Below, piece by piece: positions 22,122 through 30,498 of a stretch of 64,000 bases of DNA (the first letter of the stretch is position 1; each line of letters starts with the position of its first letter). Source of the DNA: Planctomycetota bacterium. GTDB taxonomy: Bacteria > Planctomycetota > B15-G4. The DNA lies in NCBI GenBank assembly GCA_038212275.1, contig JBBQUR010000005.1:32001-96000 (forward strand), given 5' to 3'. The notes beneath the pieces are model-generated. The model had not been told where the DNA came from and searched no databases. It saw only the letters and a list, made by a program, of their open reading frames with translations. The position numbers and the translations under genes were made by a program.

Positions 22122-24119
22122 GATGCTCTCGATACCGACGGAGGTCAGGTACGCAAACGTGTCGTCGTAGAACTCGGGCAGGCGTGTCGGGTCGTCCGCA
22201 TCGCCGTGCGGAACGAAGATCGCCATGCCTTGCCGTGCGCGCGTCAGCAGTACGCGATAGGCATTCACCAAGTAGCGCTGGGTCGCAACATCCTTGACCC
22301 GTTTCCACTGCTTGCCGTGGAACTTGCGGTGCAGCCACTGTCCGTCGCGCATCCGCAAGTCGGCGTCCCAAGTCGCGCAGATCCAGTCGAGTTCGAGGCC
22401 TTGCACCTGGAACTCGGTGGCCGCGTCTTCCAGGTAGAAGGACGACCGCGTGTCCTCCCTGTCGGCCAGGAACCAGTGCACCGGGTCGATCGTCGCGCGC
22501 ACGTCGATCGCGTGCGGCTTGAGTCGTTCCGCCTGGGACGATGCGACCAGCCCGAATCGCTCCGTGCCGCGCGCTTGAGCCCGCACCCAGGACTTCGCGC
22601 GCTGCAGGTCCCGCGTAATCACGAGCGGATAGCGGGGGCGTAACTCTCCATACAGCTCACGAGCCGCCGGCACATCGCGATCGAGAACCGCCTTCACGAA
22701 ACCGGAGACGCGCTCGGCGCGAAATGAGCGCATGGAGACCGCGAGATGGAGGTCGTCTCTCCACACGACATTCGTGCGCCTCTGCAGCGCGTCGATCGAC
22801 TCTCCCGCGGCGTACTCCGAATCCGTCAAGCGGCTGGAGATGAAGATCCGCCATTCCGGGAAGTGGGTGCGCGCCGCGTCGAGCCACGCCTGGATCCCGG
22901 CCTCGCCGTCGTGAATCTCCTGTCCTCCGCCGACGAGGCAAACCGCGACAGCCCAATCCGGGCGTCGGTTCATGTAGCTGAGCTGGAACTCCGGCTCCGA
23001 CTGGCGGAAGTCGGCGATGCCCTTGCGCGATTTCATGAAGCGCGCGGTCTTGCTCTGGTTCCAGGCGCGTTGAGCTTCGTCGAAGACCACCACGTGGTCC
23101 ACTGGTGGCTCGACCGAGCGCAGCCCTGCATCACGGAAGTGGTGCACGTTCTGGATGAACGGCTTTACGCGTTGCTCGACGTCGCCCTTGCGCACCCTGG
23201 TCCCTTCAGCGCGCAGGCGGGCAAATTCATCGCGGGTGAGCGCCTCGTGCAGGACCTTCACGAGCGGGCCGTTGCCCGAGAGGAATACGGCATGCGCCGG
23301 GTCTTCTTCGATCGACCGTCGATGCCGAGTGGCGATGTTCAGACCGACAAGCGTCTTGCCCGCCCCCGGCACGCCGGTCACGAACACAATCGCCTTCCAT
23401 CCTTCGTGCTGTGCCGCGGAGATCACCCGTTCGACCGTGCGCGAAGTATCGCCGAGGTTTTTTGCGCTCGCATCGCTGCGGGAGATGGCTTCGACGGAAT
23501 GTCGCGCATAGAGCGCGCGGGCCGCCTGCACGATCGTCGGCGTCGGCTGGTAAGGTGCCGAACCCCAACGCTCTCCGTCGAGCGGTGCTCCTGAAGCGCT
23601 CGTGCGCGCAGAGAGCACAGCCGCGAGAAGTCCTTCGGCGTTCACTTGCCGCGGCGGGCACACGCCGTCCTGGTGGATGGGAGCCCACGCGCCGTCCGAG
23701 TGCGAAGCGTCCGTTGCGACGAGGATCGGAAAGATGCGAGCGGCATGGCTGCCTCGATGGAAGTTCTTCAGATCGAGCGCGTAGTCCCACGCCTGATCGA
23801 TATCTCCGCGCAGGAACTGTGTCGCACCGACCTTGAACTCGATCGGGATCAGCGCGGCGCCGGCGAGCACCACCGCGTCGATGCGCGAGCCAAGGCGCGG
23901 AACATCGAACTCGAGGAAGATGTGGCCCTCCACCTCTGCCAGGATGCGCTGCAGGATCTCGACCTCGCGCTCCCACGCCGCCACTTGCGGCGGCTCCACG
24001 GTGAAAGCGCTCGCGCGCGTGAGATCACCGATCACAGCGCTGACCGAGGCGGACCGGAAGTTCGCCGTCGACGCTGCGTAATACGCAGATCGCAGCGCTG
24101 GGGTGAGGGAGGGTGACAC
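22119..24119 (-). CDS. DUF2075 / Schlafen group-3-like SF1 helicase with N-terminal PD-(D/E)xK-like nuclease domain
   Basis: LEFDVPRLGSRIDAV...IEFK nuclease-like motif, GVPGAGKT Walker A, VFDEAQRAW, TEFQVQGLELD, NAYRVLLTRARQG. Confidence 0.85.
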   Translation of the reverse strand: MSPSLTPALRSAYYAASTANFRSASVSAVIGDLTRASAFTVEPPQVAAWEREVEILQRILAEVEGHIFLEFDVPRLGSRIDAVVLAGAALIPIEFKVGATQFLRGDIDQAWDYALDLKNFHRGSHAARIFPILVATDASHSDGAWAPIHQDGVCPPRQVNAEGLLAAVLSARTSASGAPLDGERWGSAPYQPTPTIVQAARALYARHSVEAISRSDASAKNLGDTSRTVERVISAAQHEGWKAIVFVTGVPGAGKTLVGLNIATRHRRSIEEDPAHAVFLSGNGPLVKVLHEALTRDEFARLRAEGTRVRKGDVEQRVKPFIQNVHHFRDAGLRSVEPPVDHVVVFDEAQRAWNQSKTARFMKSRKGIADFRQSEPEFQLSYMNRRPDWAVAVCLVGGGQEIHDGEAGIQAWLDAARTHFPEWRIFISSRLTDSEYAAGESIDALQRRTNVVWRDDLHLAVSMRSFRAERVSGFVKAVLDRDVPAARELYGELRPRYPLVITRDLQRAKSWVRAQARGTERFGLVASSQAERLKPHAIDVRATIDPVHWFLADREDTRSSFYLEDAATEFQVQGLELDWICATWDADLRMRDGQWLHRKFHGKQWKRVKDVATQRYLVNAYRVLLTRARQGMAIFVPHGDADDPTRLPEFYDDTFAYLTSVGIESI

Positions 24120-24247
24120 GGGGTCAGACTGCCAGCTTTGCCGGCACGACGCCAGGGCCGCCTCCTCCGGAGCAGGGCAGCACGCGATACTTGTGAGACT
24201 CCTGCAGCTTCGCGAGGAGCAGGGCGCGCGGTCCGCACCCGTTTGAC

Positions 24248-24334
24248 AAGCCGATGCTGCGCTACTTCGAGCCGCTCATGGGCTGGCTGAAGGAGCAGAA
24301 CCAGGGCCGCAAGGCGACGCTGGGGGATATCTGA
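24248..24334 (+). pseudogene. 3'-terminal remnant of an M2 (ACE-like peptidyl-dipeptidase) gene
   Basis: Translates KPMLRYFEPLMGWLKEQNQGRKATLGDI*, matching the ML.YF.PL..WL.EQN C-terminal helix of M2 peptidases. No upstream coding continuation. Confidence 0.65.
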
Positions 24335-24442
24335 GCGCGGGCCGCGCAACCTGCGAAAGTGGCCTGCGCGTCCGCGCATCGCTCGACCACGGCTCCCGCC
24401 GTTAGGCTGGGCGTCCCGCGTCCGCGCCCGAGGGTCCTCTCC

Positions 24443-27385
24443 GTGAATCACGACCACGACCGCAAGCAGATACCTGCAGACCCGCCTTCCTCGGGCGTGG
24501 AACTCGCGCCGACGGTGCTCGACCTCGTCGCGCGGCGCACCGGCGAGTCGCCGCGCGTGATGCTGCGCGACGAGGACTCGGCCACGGTCGCGTCGCCGGT
24601 GATCGACCCCAGCTCGAAGGAGACCTCCGCCGTCCCGCTCGGGCGCAGCAACTACCAGTTCCTCGGGGAGATCGCGCGCGGCGGCATGGGCGTGATCCTC
24701 AAGGGCCACGACACGGACCTCGGGCGCGACGTCGCGGTGAAGGTCCTCGACGGGCGCCTCGCCAACCACCCGGAGGTCGTGCAGCGCTTCATCGAGGAGG
24801 CGCAGATCGGCGGCCAGCTCCAGCACCCCGGCATCGTGCCCGTGTACGAGCTGGGCACGATGAAGGACGAGCGCCCCTTCTTCATCATGAAGCTGGTGAA
24901 GGGGCGTACGCTCGCGACGCTGCTCGCCGAGCGCGAATCGCCCGCGGCCGATCGCCGCCGACTCATCGACATCTTCGAGGCCGTGTGCCAGACGATGGGC
25001 TATGCGCATTCGCGCGGCGTCATCCATCGCGACCTCAAGCCCGCCAACATCATGGTCGGCGCCTTCGGCGAGGTGCAGGTGGTGGACTGGGGCCTGGCCA
25101 AAGTGCTGGCGCGCGGCGGCACGGCCGACGAGAAGCGCGCGCTTGTCATGCAGTCGCAGCTCACGGTGCTGGAGACGGTGCGCTCGAAGGAGGGCTCGGG
25201 CAGCGGGAGCGATTCGATGGTGGGCTCGGTCATGGGCACGCCGGCCTACATGCCGCCGGAACAGGCCTCGGGCAAGGTGGACCGCCTCGACGAGCGCTCG
25301 GACGTCTTCGCGCTCGGCGCGATCCTGTGCGAGATCCTCACGGGCCTGCCGCCCTACGTCGGCACGCGCGACGAGATCATCGCGGCGGCGGCGCAGGCCG
25401 AGTGCGATGCGGCGTTGAAGCGCATCGACGAGTGCGGCGCGGATCCCGAGCTGGTGAAGCTGGTGAAGCAGTGCCTGCTGCCCGCGGCGGCCGCGCGCCC
25501 GGCCAACGCGGGCGTCGTCGCGGAACGCGTGCACCAGTTTGTCGTCTCGGTGGAGGAGCGCGCCCAGGCGGCGCGCGTCGAGAGCGCCGCGGCGCTCATG
25601 CGCGTCGAGCAGGAGCGCAAGGCGCGCCGGCTGGCGGTGGCACTGGGCGTGGCCGTCGTCGCGATCCTGCTCGTGGGCGGCGCGAGCTGGGCCTTCGTGC
25701 TCAACGAGCGCGCGACGCACGAGCGCGACCTGGCCGCCGCGGCGCGCGCGAGTGCCGAGCGCGACGCGCGCCTCGCCGCCGAGGTGGGCAATGCGCTGGC
25801 CGAGGCCTCGGTGCACCAGGGCGGCGGGCATTGGGACGAGGCCATTCTCGCCGCGGATCGCGCGCGGGCGCTGGCCGAGGGCGGCGGCGCGGGGAGCGAG
25901 CTGCTCGGCCGCGTCGACGCCGTGCTCGCCGACCTGCACGGCGCGCGCGACCGCGCGCAGCTCGACGCCGAGCGCGAGGCCGACAACCGGCGCCTGCTCG
26001 CCGAACTGCTCGAGGCGCGCGAGCCGATCTGGTCCGAGGAGGGTGACAATGCCGCGCAGAACGCCGCGACCTTCGAGGCGGTCTTCCGCGCGCACGGCAT
26101 CGACATCGACGCCGGCTCGCCGGAGGACGTGGCCGCAGGCCTGAAGGTGCGCGGCCTCGGCTCGGAAATCGCGCTCTTCTTCGACTCGCTCACCGCTCTG
26201 CGCCGCCAGGCCGGCGACGTGGAAGGCACCGACCGGGCGCTGGAGGTGGCGCACGCCGTGGATCCCGATCCGCTGCGCGCCGACCTGCGCGAGGCGCTGG
26301 CCGCGCGCGAGCTCTCCGTGCTGCAGGGCATCGCCGCGTCGGGCTTCGAGGAGCAGCCCGCGATCAGCATCGAGCTGCTGGGCGCGGCGCTGGAGCAGCT
26401 CGAGCAGCGCGAGGAGGCGCGGAGCGTCTACCGCCGCGGCATCGAGCGCTTTCCCGCCGACTTCGGGCTCCAGTACCGGCTCGGGCGCATGCTCACGCCG
26501 GAGGGGATCAATCCCGGCGTGCGCGACGAGATGCTGGAGGGCCTGCAGTGCTTCCGCGCCGCGCTCGCCGTGCGTCCCGACAGCACCGTCGTGCGCTTCT
26601 ACCTCGGGCGGCTCTACTTCAAGCTGGACGAGTTCGCGCGCTCGATCACCGAGTTCGAGATCGCGCTGCGGCAGCGCCCGGACGACGGGATTTTTCTCTT
26701 CCAGCTCGGCGCGAACCGCTACCGGCTCGGGGAGGCGGAGGCGGGCCTGGCGATCCTGCGGCCGCTCATCGACCGGAAGGATCCCGAATGGCTGTCCGGC
26801 TGGGCGGCGATGATGACGGGCCGCTGCCTGATGGCGCTGGGGAGGGCGTCGGAGGCCGTGACGTACTTCGAGCGCGCCGTGGCGGCCAGCCCCGAACAGG
26901 CGCTGTTCTACGGCGGCCTCTTCGAGGCGGCTTTGGATTCGCAGAGCAGGGTGGACGCGCAGCGCATCATGGATCGCTATCTCGCGAAGGCGCCCGACGA
27001 CGCGAACATGTTCAACAACATGGCGTGGACGCTCGCCACCGCGGAGGACCCTTCCAAGCGCGACCCGTCGCGGGCCGTCGAGCTCGCCGATCGCTCGACG
27101 CAACTCAAGGACGACCCCGGCGGATGGAACACGCTCGGCGTCGCGCGCTACTACGCGGGCGACTACGACGGCGCCATCACCGCCCTGCGGCGCTCGGTGA
27201 AGATGCTGGGCTCCGGCGGCGTCGTGGACTGGCTCTTCCTGGCGATGGCCAACCACCAGCTCGGCAATGACGGCGAGGCCCGGGTCTGGTACGAGCGCAG
27301 CGTGGACTGGATGGCGGCGCAGTCGGGCGTGGAGCCCGAGGTCGCGCGCTTCCGGGCCGAGGCCGACGCGCTGTTCGCGAACTAG
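24443..27385 (+). CDS. membrane Ser/Thr protein kinase with TPR repeats
   Basis: [42 protein letters not shown] helix; C-terminal TPRs ([18 protein letters not shown]). Confidence 0.93.
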   Translation: MNHDHDRKQIPADPPSSGVELAPTVLDLVARRTGESPRVMLRDEDSATVASPVIDPSSKETSAVPLGRSNYQFLGEIARGGMGVILKGHDTDLGRDVAVKVLDGRLANHPEVVQRFIEEAQIGGQLQHPGIVPVYELGTMKDERPFFIMKLVKGRTLATLLAERESPAADRRRLIDIFEAVCQTMGYAHSRGVIHRDLKPANIMVGAFGEVQVVDWGLAKVLARGGTADEKRALVMQSQLTVLETVRSKEGSGSGSDSMVGSVMGTPAYMPPEQASGKVDRLDERSDVFALGAILCEILTGLPPYVGTRDEIIAAAAQAECDAALKRIDECGADPELVKLVKQCLLPAAAARPANAGVVAERVHQFVVSVEERAQAARVESAAALMRVEQERKARRLAVALGVAVVAILLVGGASWAFVLNERATHERDLAAAARASAERDARLAAEVGNALAEASVHQGGGHWDEAILAADRARALAEGGGAGSELLGRVDAVLADLHGARDRAQLDAEREADNRRLLAELLEAREPIWSEEGDNAAQNAATFEAVFRAHGIDIDAGSPEDVAAGLKVRGLGSEIALFFDSLTALRRQAGDVEGTDRALEVAHAVDPDPLRADLREALAARELSVLQGIAASGFEEQPAISIELLGAALEQLEQREEARSVYRRGIERFPADFGLQYRLGRMLTPEGINPGVRDEMLEGLQCFRAALAVRPDSTVVRFYLGRLYFKLDEFARSITEFEIALRQRPDDGIFLFQLGANRYRLGEAEAGLAILRPLIDRKDPEWLSGWAAMMTGRCLMALGRASEAVTYFERAVAASPEQALFYGGLFEAALDSQSRVDAQRIMDRYLAKAPDDANMFNNMAWTLATAEDPSKRDPSRAVELADRSTQLKDDPGGWNTLGVARYYAGDYDGAITALRRSVKMLGSGGVVDWLFLAMANHQLGNDGEARVWYERSVDWMAAQSGVEPEVARFRAEADALFAN

Positions 27386-27513
27386 CGCCGGCCCCGCACG
27401 CCCACTCGCGCCTTAGGCTTCCGCCGCGAGCGGGCCCGTGTTCTCGGTGATGCCGCCAACACGGCCGCGCCGGACGGTCGTGAAACCCTCCGGCGCGGCG
27501 CGTGCATGCTTCG

Positions 27514-28020
27514 TTACGGCAGCAGCTCGACGGTGATCGCGTTGGTGATCCACCAGCCCTGCGGTGCGCCGACCACCGGGAGCAGCGCCTGCATGTAGAC
27601 CTGCAGGAAGCCGTTGCCGCCCGGGACGTCTGCGATGGTGGTGCGGCCATGGACGTCCGTGGCCAGCGTCAGGATCAGCGCGCTGGAAACCTGCGGCACG
27701 ATGACGCCGCCCTTGAAATTCAGCGGCGTGCCGAAGAGCGAGGCCAGCAGGTAGACCGGCGTGAAGGCCGGGCCGTACACGCGGATGTCGGCGAGGCCGC
27801 CCGCATACAGCTCGGTGCCGTACATCTGCAGTGCGGCGGAGCCCGGACCCTGGAACAGGATGTTCGGCTGGTAGTGGGTGAAGCAGTAACCCCAGAGGAA
27901 GCCCGAGTCGGTGCCCTGGTTGCTGGACGTCGGTATGCCGTAGATCGCATCCGGCCAGTTGTCGTCGGAGGTATCGAGCCCCGCGGCGATGGTCGTGCCG
28001 AAGCCCCAGTCCGCATATGA
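27514..28020 (-). pseudogene. 5'-truncated fragment of an FG-GAP-type secreted protein (last blade plus C-terminal domain)
   Basis: FGTTIAAGLDTSDDNWPDAIYG resembles one FG-GAP blade, followed by a FKGGVIVP...YMQ...TNAITVELLP C-terminal domain. No signal peptide; upstream sequence does not look coding. Confidence 0.55.
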
Positions 28021-28154
28021 ATCGGGAGCGGGCGTCGCGCGTGACAGGCGCCCCTGCGGAGTCGACCTCGATGTGACATCACGCGTCATGGAGTCCCATG
28101 GCGCGACCGGGAATCGTGCAGCGCCGGACGACGTGATCCGGCTACACTCCGTGT

Positions 28155-28349
28155 GTGGAACGCGTCGTGACGATCTTCGGCAGTCACGCGGAGGCGGAAG
28201 CGGCGGACCGAGCCGCCCTGGCCGCGATGTCGCCGCAAGCGCGTCTCGACATGCTGCTCCGCATGGTCGAGCGCTATCGCGAGGGACTGGGTGTTGCTGC
28301 AAGCCGATTTGAGAGAACTTGTCGGATGGCTCCTCTCGCGGAGCGTTGA
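28155..28349 (+). CDS. small protein, putative partner (antitoxin-like) of the downstream nucleotidyltransferase
   Basis: 64 aa, AEAADRAALAAMSPQARLD pattern, TACACT 6 nt upstream of GTG, overlaps the next gene. Confidence 0.6.
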   Translation: MERVVTIFGSHAEAEAADRAALAAMSPQARLDMLLRMVERYREGLGVAASRFERTCRMAPLAER

Positions 28350-28743
28350 CTTCGTCGTGGTAGGCGGGCACGCCGTGGCCTTCCACGGCTATCCCCGGCT
28401 CACGGAAGACGTGGACCTGCTGGTGCGACCCACCGTGGAAAACGGGCAGCGCATCGTCGCCGCCATGTCCGATTTCGGCTTCGGCAGCATGGGGCTCACC
28501 GCGGAGGCGTTTACCGCTCCCGACCGTGTCATCCAACTGGGCAGGGCGCCCAATCGCATCGACCTGCTGACCGGCATCTTCGGCGTGAGCTTCGACGAAG
28601 TGTGGTCCACGCGCGTGCAGGCCGACCTCGACGGACTGCAGGTCTCCATGATCGGTCGTGCCGAGTTGATCAGGAACAAGCGCGCCACGGGCCGACCGCA
28701 GGATCTCGCGGATGCGGATCGGCTGGAGCGGGGGCCTGGCTGA
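28291..28743 (+). CDS. small Pol-beta-superfamily nucleotidyltransferase
   Basis: VVGGHAVAFHGYPRLTEDVDLL (GG...DxD), RIDLL, NKRATGRPQDLAD. Confidence 0.8.
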   Translation: MLLQADLRELVGWLLSRSVDFVVVGGHAVAFHGYPRLTEDVDLLVRPTVENGQRIVAAMSDFGFGSMGLTAEAFTAPDRVIQLGRAPNRIDLLTGIFGVSFDEVWSTRVQADLDGLQVSMIGRAELIRNKRATGRPQDLADADRLERGPG

Positions 28744-28920
28744 CCGCGGGCCGGCGGGGCGTCGCCGCTTTGCGTCACCAGGGTTCATCCGATGGTCTCG
28801 CGTCGGTGACGTCGCCTTCGTTATCCTCGGCTCGCCTCCGTTGACCGTCGGTCGTCGCGACCGATCGTGCGAGGCGCATCACACGCCGTCGAAAACATCT
28901 CGGGAGTCCGCGTTGCAGCC

Positions 28921-30447
28921 ATGATCACCCTGCTGTTTGTGAGCCTGCTTTCGGTGTCCGCTGCACCGGCAGCCCAGAGTGCTGTTCCTGCCGGTGCGGC
29001 GACTGCGCCCTTAGCCGACGCCGCCGCGGACCCAGCGCTGGACGCCAAGATCACCGCCGCCGGCAAGGACGTCGGCAAACTGCTCGAGCTGGCCGCCGCG
29101 TGCACGGCCGCCGGCCAGGACGACGATGCGAAGAAGGTGTTCGCGAAGGTGCTCGAAGTGGATGCGGCCAACGAGGTCGCGCACAAGGGACTGCGCCACC
29201 AGTTCTACGACGGGAAGTGGTACGGCAGCTTCGCGGAGCTCTCCAAGTTCAAGCGCGAGGAAGCCGCGGCCATGAAGGCCAAGGGCCTGGCGCGCTTCAA
29301 GGACGGCTGGGTGCCCGAAGCCGACGTGCCCTTCCTCACCATGGGCTGGACGAAGGACTCGTCCGGCGGCTGGGAAAATCCCGCCGAGGCCGCGGCCGCC
29401 GTGCAGGTCGCCGAATGGCAGAAGGCCGGCTACGTCTTCCGTGCCGACGACAACAGCTGGGTCGCGCCCGACGACGCGGACCTCATTGCGAAGCTGCTGT
29501 GGAAGTGCGGCGACGAGTGGGTCGAGACCGACGTCGCGAACGCCTATCACACCGAGATCGGCGCCTGGTGGCAGCTCGTCGGCGAGCACTTCACGGTGTG
29601 GACGACCTGCGACTGGGACGGGGGCAACTGGGCGCGCTGGTATGCCGACAAGACCTGGCCCGATCTCGTGCGGCTCTTCGGCGTTGAGCCCGCATCGCGT
29701 CCGCACTTCATCGTTCTGAACAGCATCAGCCAGTACAACCAGGCCTCGGGCGGAAACCCGCCGAGCATCCCGGAATCCGAGGGCTGGTCGTCGGTGTTCG
29801 GCGCGTATTTCGCGGACGCCTACTTCGACCTCGGCGTCAAGCCGCCGCTGTACCAGGGTGCGGGCGTCAGCTTCTGGGATCGCAACGACGCCGGCTTGAA
29901 GGCATGGGGTCCGGGCTGGTTGCGCTGGGCGGCGGCGCAGAGCTACGTGGATGCCATCGACCCGTCGTGGTCGGCCATCGCGGCGACCATCTCCGGCGGC
30001 GCAGGCAACGGTGCCGCACCCAACGCCGCAGCGTTCTGGGGGGAGAAGAAGATCCCGCGCTGGCTGCGCTACGGCGCCGCCTCCTACGCGGAGCGCTTCA
30101 TGACAAATCCCGATGCTCCCGAGGGCTCCGATCCGTGGGGCCTGCGCGCCTTCGCCTTCGGTGAGCTGAAGAAGGGCGGCGGACTCGGCAAGCTCGAGGA
30201 CGTCTTCGCCTTCCAGATCGATCCGAACAAGCAGGACGAGGCGGCGCACCTCTACCAGCAGGCCGGCCTGCTGGTCTCCTTCATCCTGGACGGTGCGGCG
30301 GGCGACAAGGCCATCGGGTCCGCGCACGACGCTTTCCGCAGCGCGCTGCAGTCAGGCTCGAAGGCCGAGGTGACTGCCGCGGCGGAGGCGTTGCAGAAGG
30401 CGCTCGTCACCAGCGAACCGGAGATCCGGAAGTTCGCCGGGCTGTAA
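28921..30447 (+). CDS. secreted hypothetical protein with degenerate gluzincin/peptidase-MA-like C-terminal domain
   Basis: Signal peptide, one TPR-like helix pair, repeated G.....G.W hairpins, PRWLRYGAASYAE and YQQAGLLVSFIL motifs, but no HExxH. Confidence 0.6.
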   Translation: MITLLFVSLLSVSAAPAAQSAVPAGAATAPLADAAADPALDAKITAAGKDVGKLLELAAACTAAGQDDDAKKVFAKVLEVDAANEVAHKGLRHQFYDGKWYGSFAELSKFKREEAAAMKAKGLARFKDGWVPEADVPFLTMGWTKDSSGGWENPAEAAAAVQVAEWQKAGYVFRADDNSWVAPDDADLIAKLLWKCGDEWVETDVANAYHTEIGAWWQLVGEHFTVWTTCDWDGGNWARWYADKTWPDLVRLFGVEPASRPHFIVLNSISQYNQASGGNPPSIPESEGWSSVFGAYFADAYFDLGVKPPLYQGAGVSFWDRNDAGLKAWGPGWLRWAAAQSYVDAIDPSWSAIAATISGGAGNGAAPNAAAFWGEKKIPRWLRYGAASYAERFMTNPDAPEGSDPWGLRAFAFGELKKGGGLGKLEDVFAFQIDPNKQDEAAHLYQQAGLLVSFILDGAAGDKAIGSAHDAFRSALQSGSKAEVTAAAEALQKALVTSEPEIRKFAGL

Positions 30448-30498
30448 GTCCGAAGCGGCCGATGTGAATCGGCCGCGACGGCGCCCGCGCCCGCGCCT

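Noticed and set aside
18215..24334. tRNA-Asp as the integration site of a genomic island
   Set aside because: No integrase and no duplicated tRNA 3' end seen. The genes next to the tRNA look like core genes.
27514..28788. 424-aa ORF as a single gene
   Set aside because: Its upstream two-thirds is antisense to the nucleotidyltransferase pair. Only the last ~165 codons look like real protein.
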